DNA of 61,984 nt, the filler included. It is 5 parts of 5 records of this genome, joined end to end, with 100 filler letters (N's around TTAATTAATTAA, not from the genome) between each part and the next. Parts side by side here need not be neighbours in the genome. Positions count along the whole stretch, not along the records: positions 38,266 to 51,051 come from DRR723986_8793; positions 51,152 to 61,984 come from DRR723986_8796; 3 more parts are not named here. One strand, given 5' to 3'. Of this stretch, positions 50,902 through 58,948 are shown piece by piece; position 1 is the stretch's first letter, and every line of letters begins with the position of its first letter. Below the pieces are notes generated by a model. It did not search any database. It had not been told where the DNA came from and saw only the letters and a list, made by a program, of their open reading frames with translations. Position numbers and translations under genes: made by a program.

Positions 50902-51051
50902 GATTCGATCTCCAAGTGTGAAAAAACGTTGACTACAGCAATAGTATTCGTCTTTCAAGCAAGGTTACAAGCACGATTTTGGGCCAATTCCCATCGGTGG
51001 CACATTTCGGGCAGTATTTTGTTGACTAGAGCGTTTCCAGTTCGGATGTAG

Positions 51052-51151
51052 NNNNNNNNNNNNNNNNNNNNNNNNNNNNNNNNNNNNNNNNNNNNTTAAT
51101 TAATTAANNNNNNNNNNNNNNNNNNNNNNNNNNNNNNNNNNNNNNNNNNNN
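51052..51151. other. Artificial contig linker
   Basis: N run + TTAATTAATTAA + N run. Confidence 0.98.
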
Positions 51152-51592
51152 GAAACATTCGATCCCTGGCACCTGCCGCTGCTCAACACCCTGATCCTGC
51201 TGTGCTCCGGCACGACGGTCACTTGGGCACACCATGCGCTGCTGCATAATGACCGTGATGGCCTGAAGTGGGGCCTGACCCTTACGGTTCTGCTGGGTGT
51301 TCTCTTCACCATCTGCCAGGTCTACGAATACATGCACGCTGCGTTCGATTTCGGCGGCAACATCTACGGCGCGACCTTCTTCATGGCGACCGGTTTCCAC
51401 GGTTTCCACGTTATCGTCGGCACCATCTTCCTGGCCGTCTGCCTGTTCCGGGCACTGGCTGGTCAGTTCACCGTCGAGAAGCACTTCGGTTTCGAAGCCG
51501 CCGCATGGTACTGGCACTTCGTTGACGTCGTCTGGCTGTTCCTGTTCGTCTCCATCTACATTTGGGGCGCAGGCACACCGGCCGCTCACTAG
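51152..51592 (+). CDS. coxC: Cytochrome c oxidase subunit III, 3' part
   Basis: [23 protein letters not shown] and [16 protein letters not shown] motifs. Confidence 0.95.
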   Translation, partial: ETFDPWHLPLLNTLILLCSGTTVTWAHHALLHNDRDGLKWGLTLTVLLGVLFTICQVYEYMHAAFDFGGNIYGATFFMATGFHGFHVIVGTIFLAVCLFRALAGQFTVEKHFGFEAAAWYWHFVDVVWLFLFVSIYIWGAGTPAAH

Positions 51593-51615
51593 GATCGCGC
51601 CAAACCGGCACGAGC

Positions 51616-51648
51616 AACGCCCGATCCGGCCACCGGATCGGGCGTTTT
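51616..51648 (+). terminator. Terminator after coxC
   Basis: AACGCCCGATCCGG-CCA-CCGGATCGGGCGTT followed by Ts. Confidence 0.8.
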
Positions 51649-51675
51649 CATTTCAGCTGAGGCTTGAGGCACATC

Positions 51676-52068
51676 ATGGAAGACAAGGCGCATTTTCCAC
51701 CGGTCAATCCGGTTTCCGCAGGCCTGTCGGGCAAGTGTCCGCGCTGCGGCCAGGGGAAGCTCTTCGACGGTTTCCTGAGCGTCAAGAAATCCTGCATGGC
51801 CTGCGGGCTCGACTACTCTTTCGCCGACAGTGGTGACGGCCCGGCGGTTTTCGTCATCATGATCGTCGGATTTATCGTGGTCGGTCTGGTGCTCTTCGTC
51901 GAACTCTCCTACCAGCCGCCGATCTGGGTACACCTGGTCCTCTGGCTACCGCTGACGATCCTGCTGGCCGGCGGAGTGCTTCGACCGCTGAAAGGCCTCA
52001 TGATTGCGCTTCAGTTCCGGCACAAGGCTGCCGAAGGTCAACTGGACACCGGCAAGGACGACAATTGA
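51676..52068 (+). CDS. DUF983 family protein
   Basis: CPRCGQGKLF...CMACG...DSGDGPA...PLKG motifs. Confidence 0.9.
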   Translation: MEDKAHFPPVNPVSAGLSGKCPRCGQGKLFDGFLSVKKSCMACGLDYSFADSGDGPAVFVIMIVGFIVVGLVLFVELSYQPPIWVHLVLWLPLTILLAGGVLRPLKGLMIALQFRHKAAEGQLDTGKDDN

Positions 52069-52095
52069 CCGGGCAGGTCCCGGGAAGACAATCTC

Positions 52096-52857
52096 ATGCG
52101 TAAACTCGTTATCCCGACACTCGCCGCCATCGCGGCTCTGGTGGTTCTGCTCAATCTCGGTTTCTGGCAGCTCGACCGCCTGGCCTGGAAAGAAAACCTC
52201 ATCGAACAGGTGGAAGCCGGTGTTTCGACCCCGCCGGAAACAGCACCCGAACCTGGGGCCTGGGGCGACCTTGCCCCCTCTGACGACTATAGCCATGTCA
52301 GGCTCACCGGACGTTTCCTGGAAGGGGCGGTCTTCTATTACACCGCGCTGACTGATCCGGTCGGGCCAGTAAGCGGGCCCGGGGTGATGGTTTATGCACC
52401 TTTCGAAACGGATCAGCAGTGGATCGTTCTGGTCAACCGCGGTTTCCTGCCACAAGGGCTCGACAAGGCTTCGCGCGAAAAGGCAATCACGCCGCCTGAT
52501 GGTGCCTGGGAGCTGACTGGACTTTTGCGGCTGAGTGAAAAACCGAACTGGACAACGCCGGAACCCGGTCGGGAAGATCGTATCTGGTTCGCACGTGATA
52601 CGGATGCCATGGCAGCAGAACTGGGCCTCGATCCCGCCAGGCTGGCTCCCTTCAGCATAGATCTCGACGCTTCCTTCACGCCGCCGTCCGGTCTGCCGCA
52701 GGCGGGGGAGACCATCGTTCATTTCAAGAACGACCACCTCGGCTATGCGCTGACCTGGTTCGGTCTGGCGGCAACGCTGATCGGTGTCTACCTGACTTAC
52801 GCGGCAAGTATCCTTTGGCCGCGCAAACGGCAGGCAGGCGAAACATCGACCAAGTAG
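52096..52857 (+). CDS. surf1: SURF1 family cytochrome c oxidase assembly protein
   Basis: LGFWQLDRLAWK, LVNRGF and NDHLGYALTWFGL motifs. Confidence 0.95.
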   Translation: MRKLVIPTLAAIAALVVLLNLGFWQLDRLAWKENLIEQVEAGVSTPPETAPEPGAWGDLAPSDDYSHVRLTGRFLEGAVFYYTALTDPVGPVSGPGVMVYAPFETDQQWIVLVNRGFLPQGLDKASREKAITPPDGAWELTGLLRLSEKPNWTTPEPGREDRIWFARDTDAMAAELGLDPARLAPFSIDLDASFTPPSGLPQAGETIVHFKNDHLGYALTWFGLAATLIGVYLTYAASILWPRKRQAGETSTK

Positions 52858-53068
52858 GTGGTGCTGGTGGCCTCGTGACACGAAGGAACTTGGCTCCGGA
52901 GAGGCAGGAGAACCAAGGCTCTCGGTCGTCGTCGTGGCCAAGCGAAGCGCGAGCCGGGATCGGGAAGCCACAGCTGTACTTTTGTCGGCAGGTAGGTTGA
53001 AAAGCCCTCGGCTCTCCGGTCACCGATCTCCGCGTTGCTGCGTCCGGGGTGACCTGTTGAGAGGGGGC
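52858..53068 (+). ncRNA. Candidate structured RNA of unknown family (multi-stem with pseudoknot)
   Basis: Nested complementary segments with G-U pairs consistent only on the plus strand; folded by eye, see findings. Confidence 0.45.
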
Positions 53069-53072
53069 GATC

Positions 53073-53096
53073 AAAAAAGGGCCCCGCAGGGCCCTT
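53073..53096 (-). terminator. Terminator for the peroxiredoxin gene, possibly bidirectional
   Basis: AAAAAAGGGCCC-CGCA-GGGCCCTT. Confidence 0.75.
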
Positions 53097-53126
53097 CATC
53101 ATTTCTCTTGCAAGCTTGTAAACAGC

Positions 53127-53615
53127 TTAGCCGAGTGCTTCCAGGATTGCGGCGGCACCGGACTTTACGGCTTCGCCCGGAGCGTCTTCAATCGCCAGGA
53201 AGGTGATCACGCCATCCTTGGCAATCAGCGCGAAACGCTGTGAGCGCAGGTGACCGAAGATCGGTGCCGGCCCAAGGCCGAGGCCTGCGGCTTCGACAAA
53301 GCCGGCAGCCGTGTCGGACAGGAACGTAATGCTGTCGCCGGCGCTGGAGGCTTTCTTCCAGGCGTCCATGACGAAGACATCGTTCACGGACAGGACAGCA
53401 ATGGTGTCGACACCCTTGTTCTTCAGCGTTTCCGCATGCTCGATGAAGCCCGGCAGGTGGTTCATGTGGCAGGTCGGGGTGAAGGCACCCGGCACGCCGA
53501 ACAGCACAACGGTTTTGCCGGATGTCAGCTCGCCGGTCGATATTTCGCCGGGGCCGTCCGCAGTCATGGTGTTGAACGTTGCCTCAGGAAGACGATCCCC
53601 AACAGAAAGTGTCAT
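53127..53615 (-). CDS. Peroxiredoxin (Prx5 type)
   Basis: VPGAFTPTCHMNHLPGF and SVNDVFVMDAW motifs. Confidence 0.95.
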   Translation of the reverse strand: MTLSVGDRLPEATFNTMTADGPGEISTGELTSGKTVVLFGVPGAFTPTCHMNHLPGFIEHAETLKNKGVDTIAVLSVNDVFVMDAWKKASSAGDSITFLSDTAAGFVEAAGLGLGPAPIFGHLRSQRFALIAKDGVITFLAIEDAPGEAVKSGAAAILEALG

Positions 53616-53746
53616 AGTGAATATCCCTTGATTGACCGGCTGCGGCGAAACGGCAGCCCCGCGACACAGATAGGGCTTTGTTGGCCATCCGTCGAGGGAA
53701 GTTGAGGCAAAAGCGGTTCGATGGGCAGAGCGGCAGGAAGCAGTTT

Positions 53747-54568
53747 TTATTTTACCCAGGCCGGATCAATGGGAAACAGCTGCTCGACCGCGCGACCGCC
53801 CGCAGTCAGCACAAGGCGCAGATCTGTGTCGGTCTCGGTTGTTTTCATGCCTTTGAGTGACAAACGCCAGAGCGTCTTTTCACCGCCTTGGCCGGCAGGT
53901 TTAGGCAGGCCGATATAGGAGCCTTCAGGGGCTGCTGCAAAAAGATCCGGCGTGGTGTCTTCAGGTGCCTGGACCTCGATCTCCACTGAATCGCCCGATG
54001 CCGACAGGGCTATCGCACTTATCTTCAGATCCGCGGACGACTGCGTGGCAGGCACGGCCTCGAGGTCTCGTAGGATCAGTGTCTGGGCAAGGCTGTCGGT
54101 CTGGTCATCCGGGGTCAGATCAAGCGTCAGGGAGGCCTCTCCGGGAACGCAGATCTCGTTGCAGATACCAAAGAAAACGTCCAGGGAAAGCGTCACGGCT
54201 TGACCGGGATTTTCAGGTTCGACCCGCAGCGGCAGAACAATGCCATTGTGATAGACGATTGATTCAGAAAAGCCGTCGTCATAGCGCTCCGGCGCAGGAT
54301 AGAGCACCTCGGTGGTCTTGATGTTTGCGCTTCCGGTCGTATCGATCTGGGGCGGAATTCCGGCTTCGCCCGGATAGCGCCAATAGGTGTGCCAGCCCGG
54401 TTCCAGAAGGAACTCCAGACCGGCTTCATAGTGGCCGTCCTTCATGGGCCCCGAGGCGATCAGCCTGACGGCGCCTCCCTGAACTTCCGTCCAGCCGGTC
54501 ATGGCGGCATGGGCGGATGGAGCAAAAACAAAAAGGGTGAGCGCAAGGGCAAGGACAGAGCGTTTCAT
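53747..54568 (-). CDS. DsbD N-terminal-domain-containing exported protein
   Basis: Signal peptide; PGWHTYWRYPGEAGIPP and GICNEICVP motifs. Confidence 0.88.
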   Translation of the reverse strand: MKRSVLALALTLFVFAPSAHAAMTGWTEVQGGAVRLIASGPMKDGHYEAGLEFLLEPGWHTYWRYPGEAGIPPQIDTTGSANIKTTEVLYPAPERYDDGFSESIVYHNGIVLPLRVEPENPGQAVTLSLDVFFGICNEICVPGEASLTLDLTPDDQTDSLAQTLILRDLEAVPATQSSADLKISAIALSASGDSVEIEVQAPEDTTPDLFAAAPEGSYIGLPKPAGQGGEKTLWRLSLKGMKTTETDTDLRLVLTAGGRAVEQLFPIDPAWVK

Positions 54569-54752
54569 GCCTTCTTTGCTACACGAGTTTCAGGCAAGCG
54601 TCATCGGCCAGACTGGGCAATCCAGGTCATATCCTTGTGACGCTGAAGTGAGCCGGTTGCCATTCGGCGAGCACAAACAGACATTAACAAAGCCCGGCAA
54701 AGGGGCTATGCTTTCCCTTGGGCAGAGAGCGTCAACAGAAAACGAGGTACGC

Positions 54753-55349
54753 ATGGCCGGATCCGCAGCAACAGATTCCCTTGAAGGTCAGTTTCTGATT
54801 GCGATGCCGGGCATGTCAGACAGCCGGTTCGAACATTCTGTGATTTATCTGTGCTCTCATTCGGACCAGGGCGCAATGGGCCTCGTGGTGAACCAGGTGG
54901 CCCGCCATCTGTCACTGGAAGAGCTTCTGATTCAACTCGATATCGTCAACGACGATGGTGCCATTCGCCTGCCGTCGAAAGTCCGCGACATGAGCGTCCA
55001 CAAGGGCGGTCCGGTGGAGGTCGAACGCGGCTTCGTGCTGCATAGCGACGATTTCATGCTGAACCAGTCGACCCTTGCCATTGATAACGGCATCTGCCTG
55101 ACGGCAACACTGGAAATCCTGCGGGCGCTTGCGCAAGGGACCGGCCCCACCCAGGCCATGCTAGCCCTCGGTTATGCGGGCTGGGCTCCGGGGCAGCTTG
55201 AAAACGAAATCCAGGCCAATGGGTGGCTGACGGCTCCGGCCGATCCGGACATCCTGTTCGATCAGGCCTCCGACAAGAAATGGCATCGAGCGCTCGCCAG
55301 CATGGGTATCGACCCCGCCATGCTTTATGCCGATGCGGGGCACGCCTGA
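54753..55349 (+). CDS. YqgE/AlgH family protein
   Basis: FLIAMPGMSDSRF, GAMGLVVN, GGPVE..RGFVLHS and GYAGWAPGQLENE motifs. Confidence 0.93.
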   Translation: MAGSAATDSLEGQFLIAMPGMSDSRFEHSVIYLCSHSDQGAMGLVVNQVARHLSLEELLIQLDIVNDDGAIRLPSKVRDMSVHKGGPVEVERGFVLHSDDFMLNQSTLAIDNGICLTATLEILRALAQGTGPTQAMLALGYAGWAPGQLENEIQANGWLTAPADPDILFDQASDKKWHRALASMGIDPAMLYADAGHA

Positions 55350-55578
55350 CGGCGCTGACGTTACGGCCGGTTTCGCAAAACTTGTCTCTCCACGGTCATC
55401 ATTTTAGCCAAAAGCGACTTGCGCTTGAATGTTATGGCGCGTAAGTCGCATCAATGGCATGGTTTGTTTCAAATCTGCCGGAATTCAAGTAGGCTGATCC
55501 TTCTCGCATCAGAGGTCTGGCAAACAGGCAGGGGACGCGGGCGTCCCGCGACAAACAAAGCAAGAGGAACGTTGCGCG

Positions 55579-56985
55579 GTGAAATACATCAGTACGCGTG
55601 GTGAAGCACCAGTTCTGGAATTTTCCGATGTCCTGCTACAGGGGCTCGCACGCGACGGTGGACTTTATTTACCCGAAACCTGGCCGCAATTTGATGCCGA
55701 CACCATCGCGTCTTTCGCCGGTAAACCCTATCAGGATGTTGCCTTCGAGGTTATTTCGCCCTTTGTGGCCGGCGCCATTCCCGAAGACGATCTGAAGTCC
55801 ATGATTGCAGAAGCCTATGATGGCTTCCGCCACCCGGCCGTGACGCCGCTTGTCCAGACCGGACCGAACACTTTCATCCTCGAACTCTTCCACGGCCCGA
55901 CGCTGGCGTTCAAGGACGTCGCGATGCAGCTGCTTGGCCGGATGATGGACTATGTCCTGACCGAGCGCGGCCTGCGCGCGACCATTGTCGGCGCAACTTC
56001 CGGAGACACTGGCGGCGCCGCCATTGAGGCCTTCCGCGGGCGCGAGCGCACCGATATCTTCATCCTGTTTCCCGACGGACGCGTTTCCAGCGTGCAGCGC
56101 CGCCAGATGACGACCCCGGCGGAAAAGAACGTTCATGCCCTGGCACTAAACGGCGACTTTGATGATTGCCAGGCCATCGTCAAGGGCATGTTCAACCATT
56201 TCTCATTCCGCGACAGGGTTGCCCTTTCCGGCGTCAATTCGATCAACTGGGCGCGGATCCTGGCGCAGATCGTCTATTATTTCGTCGCAGGCGCTGCCCT
56301 TGGCGCGCCGCATCGCAAGATCTCCTTCACGGTGCCGACCGGCAACTTCGGTGATATTTTCGCCGGCTATGCCGCCATGCAGATGGGGCTTCCCGTCGAG
56401 AAGCTGGTGGTGGCGACCAATGTCAACGACATCCTGGCGCGGACACTCAAGACCGGGCGTTATGAAAAGCGCGGCGTGACGCCGACCATTTCTCCGTCCA
56501 TGGACATCCAGGTGTCCTCCAATTTCGAGCGACTTCTGGCGGAGGTCTGCGGACGCGATGGCGCGGCAGTCCGGCGCATGATGAACCAGTTGAGCCAGTC
56601 CGGCAGTTTCGAGATCGAGGAAGGCCCGCTCCGCGCCATGCGCGCGGTCTTCGGCGCAGGCCGCTGCAACGAGGAAGAAACGGCATCGACCATTGCCGAA
56701 CTGTGGAACGAGGCAGGCTATTTGCTGGACCCGCACACGGCAATCGGTGTCCATGTGGCGAAAGACCATGATAACGGTGAGACACCGATGGTGGTGTTGG
56801 GCACGGCGCATCCGGCCAAATTCCCGGATGCGGTGGAAAGGGCTTCAGGAAACCGGCCGGAGCTGCCGGAAAACCTGAAGGATATGATGAGTGCGGAGGA
56901 GCGCCAGCAGGTTCTGGCGGCGGATCAGGGCGTGGTGGAGCGATACATCGAAGATCACGCCCGGGCCGTTACTGCTGGGGTGTGA
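55579..56985 (+). CDS. thrC: Threonine synthase
   Basis: YISTRG, ELFHGPTLAFKD, ATSGDTG, NSINWAR and VPTGNFG motifs. Confidence 0.96.
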   Translation: MKYISTRGEAPVLEFSDVLLQGLARDGGLYLPETWPQFDADTIASFAGKPYQDVAFEVISPFVAGAIPEDDLKSMIAEAYDGFRHPAVTPLVQTGPNTFILELFHGPTLAFKDVAMQLLGRMMDYVLTERGLRATIVGATSGDTGGAAIEAFRGRERTDIFILFPDGRVSSVQRRQMTTPAEKNVHALALNGDFDDCQAIVKGMFNHFSFRDRVALSGVNSINWARILAQIVYYFVAGAALGAPHRKISFTVPTGNFGDIFAGYAAMQMGLPVEKLVVATNVNDILARTLKTGRYEKRGVTPTISPSMDIQVSSNFERLLAEVCGRDGAAVRRMMNQLSQSGSFEIEEGPLRAMRAVFGAGRCNEEETASTIAELWNEAGYLLDPHTAIGVHVAKDHDNGETPMVVLGTAHPAKFPDAVERASGNRPELPENLKDMMSAEERQQVLAADQGVVERYIEDHARAVTAGV

Positions 56986-56989
56986 GCAT

Positions 56990-58279
56990 ATGAAAGTACA
57001 AACAACAATCCTCGATAACGGGATGACGGTCGTCACCGACCAGATGCCTCATCTGAAGACGGCGGCTCTTGGCGTGTGGGTGCGAACCGGATCCCGCGCG
57101 GAGAATGTGCACCAGAACGGGATAACCCATCTTCTGGAGCATATGGCCTTCAAGGGCACCAAGACCCGCACGGCGCGTGGCATCGCAGAAGAGATCGAGG
57201 CCGTCGGTGGTGAGCTGAACGCTTCCACAAGCATCGAACACACCAATTACTACGCGCGTATCCTGGCTGAGGACACGCCGCTTGCGGTCGATATTCTCGC
57301 TGACATCCTGCAGAATTCCTCATTCGATGCTCAGGAGCTGACGCGCGAACAACATGTGATCCTTCAGGAAATCGGCGCGGCAAACGACTCCCCCGACGAT
57401 CAGGCTTTCGATCTGTTCCAGGAAACCGCCTGGCCGGACCAGGCCATCGGACGGCCGATCCTCGGAACGCCGGAAACGGTACAGGGGTTCAACCGCGACG
57501 CACTCAACGCCTATCTCGCCGATCGCTACCGGGCACCCGACATGGTGCTGGCCGCTGCCGGCGCGGTTGATCATGAAGAGCTTGTCGCTCTTGCCCGTGA
57601 GAAGTTCGGTGGTTTCAACTCCGAGCCTGCAGCTCCCGAATCCGAAGCACGCTACCGTGGCGGCGAAACCCTTCGGCCGAAGGAACTTATGGAAGCACAG
57701 GTTCTGATCGGTTTCGAAGGCCGTCCCTACAAGTCCAAGGACTATTACGCCATCCAGATCCTGGCATCGGTCCTGGGCGGTGGGATGTCCTCGCGCCTGT
57801 TCCAGGAAATCCGCGAGAAGCACGGCCTTTGCTACGCCATCTACAGCTTCCACTGGGCGTTTTCCGATACCGGATTGTTCGGCCTGCATGCGGCCACCAG
57901 CCAGGAAGACCTGGCTGCGCTGATGCCGATGATCGTGGACGAACTGATCGCCGCCACCCAGACGATCACCGACGAGGAAGTCGCCCGCTCCAGGGCGCAG
58001 ATCCGCGCGGGACTGATGATGGCGCTGGAAAGCCCGGCAGCCCGCGCCGGACAGATTGCCCGTCAAATCCTCGTGCACAACCGCGTGCTCGATCCGGACG
58101 AGATTTCTTCGAAGATCGAAGCGGTGACAGCTGCTGATATCCGCAGGGTCGCGCACGAGACTTTCGTGGGCACGGTGCCGACCCTGACTGCGATCGGGCC
58201 GGTTGACGGTATCATGACTGCGGACGAACTCGCAGGACGGCTTCAGCAAAGCCCGGTCCTGCGGGCCGCATCCATGTAA
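56990..58279 (+). CDS. M16 family zinc peptidase
   Basis: HLLEHMAFKGT (HxxEH) and GGGMSSRLFQEIRE; ATG at 56990. Confidence 0.95.
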   Translation: MKVQTTILDNGMTVVTDQMPHLKTAALGVWVRTGSRAENVHQNGITHLLEHMAFKGTKTRTARGIAEEIEAVGGELNASTSIEHTNYYARILAEDTPLAVDILADILQNSSFDAQELTREQHVILQEIGAANDSPDDQAFDLFQETAWPDQAIGRPILGTPETVQGFNRDALNAYLADRYRAPDMVLAAAGAVDHEELVALAREKFGGFNSEPAAPESEARYRGGETLRPKELMEAQVLIGFEGRPYKSKDYYAIQILASVLGGGMSSRLFQEIREKHGLCYAIYSFHWAFSDTGLFGLHAATSQEDLAALMPMIVDELIAATQTITDEEVARSRAQIRAGLMMALESPAARAGQIARQILVHNRVLDPDEISSKIEAVTAADIRRVAHETFVGTVPTLTAIGPVDGIMTADELAGRLQQSPVLRAASM

Positions 58280-58308
58280 GTCGGACAGAACAAGGCGGAG
58301 AGTGGGGC

Positions 58309-58947
58309 ATGGCGCTGTTACGGCCGGGAGCAACACCTGACGCCGAACTCCTGATCGAGGCCGGCGGTTATTATCTTCGCCCGCCGATCATGTACGACTT
58401 CAAGCCCTGGGCGGAACTTCGCGGCGAAAGCCGGGCGTTCCTGAAGCCCTGGGAACCGCTTTGGCCCTCCGATGATCTCACCCGAACCGGCTTTCGTCGC
58501 CGCTTGCGCCGCTATTCGAAAGACCGCAAGGAAGGGCGCAGCCTGTCGTTCCTGCTGTTTCGCGCGCGCAGCAACGAGATCCTCGGCGGACTGACACTCA
58601 GTAATATCCGCAGGGGTGTCAGCCAGACTGCGACACTTGGCTACTGGATGGGCGAGCGGCACGCTGGAAAAGGACATATGTCCTCGGCTGTCGCCATGAT
58701 CTTGCCGTTTTGTTTCGACGTGTTGAACCTTCATCGTATTGAAGCGGCATGTCTGCCAACGAACATGCCGTCCATCCGTCTGCTCGAAAATGCCGGGTTC
58801 CACCGGGAAGGCTACGCACGCAACTATCTGTTAATTAACGGGACCTGGCAGGATCATCTTCTGTTTGCCTGTTTGGCGGAAGACCATGCGTCGCGACCTG
58901 AAAAGGTGGCACCGAGCGTCGAGGGAATCTTGAAAGAATTCTTGTGA
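58309..58947 (+). CDS. RimJ-like GNAT N-acetyltransferase
   Basis: FLKPWEP, LGYWMG, LHRIEAACLPTN and YLLINGTWQDH motifs. Confidence 0.9.
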   Translation: MALLRPGATPDAELLIEAGGYYLRPPIMYDFKPWAELRGESRAFLKPWEPLWPSDDLTRTGFRRRLRRYSKDRKEGRSLSFLLFRARSNEILGGLTLSNIRRGVSQTATLGYWMGERHAGKGHMSSAVAMILPFCFDVLNLHRIEAACLPTNMPSIRLLENAGFHREGYARNYLLINGTWQDHLLFACLAEDHASRPEKVAPSVEGILKEFL

Positions 58948-58948
58948 C

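Noticed and set aside
50572-51051. 159-aa plus-strand ORF over the HMA locus
   Set aside because: No recognisable features. The minus-strand reading has an RBS, lipobox, HMA motif and a correctly oriented terminator.
52950-52985. Cobalamin riboswitch or SRP RNA suggested by GGGAAGCCAC...CTGTA
   Set aside because: The remaining conserved cores (B12 box, SRP GGAAG/AGCAG loop) are absent or out of order, and there is no downstream same-strand gene.
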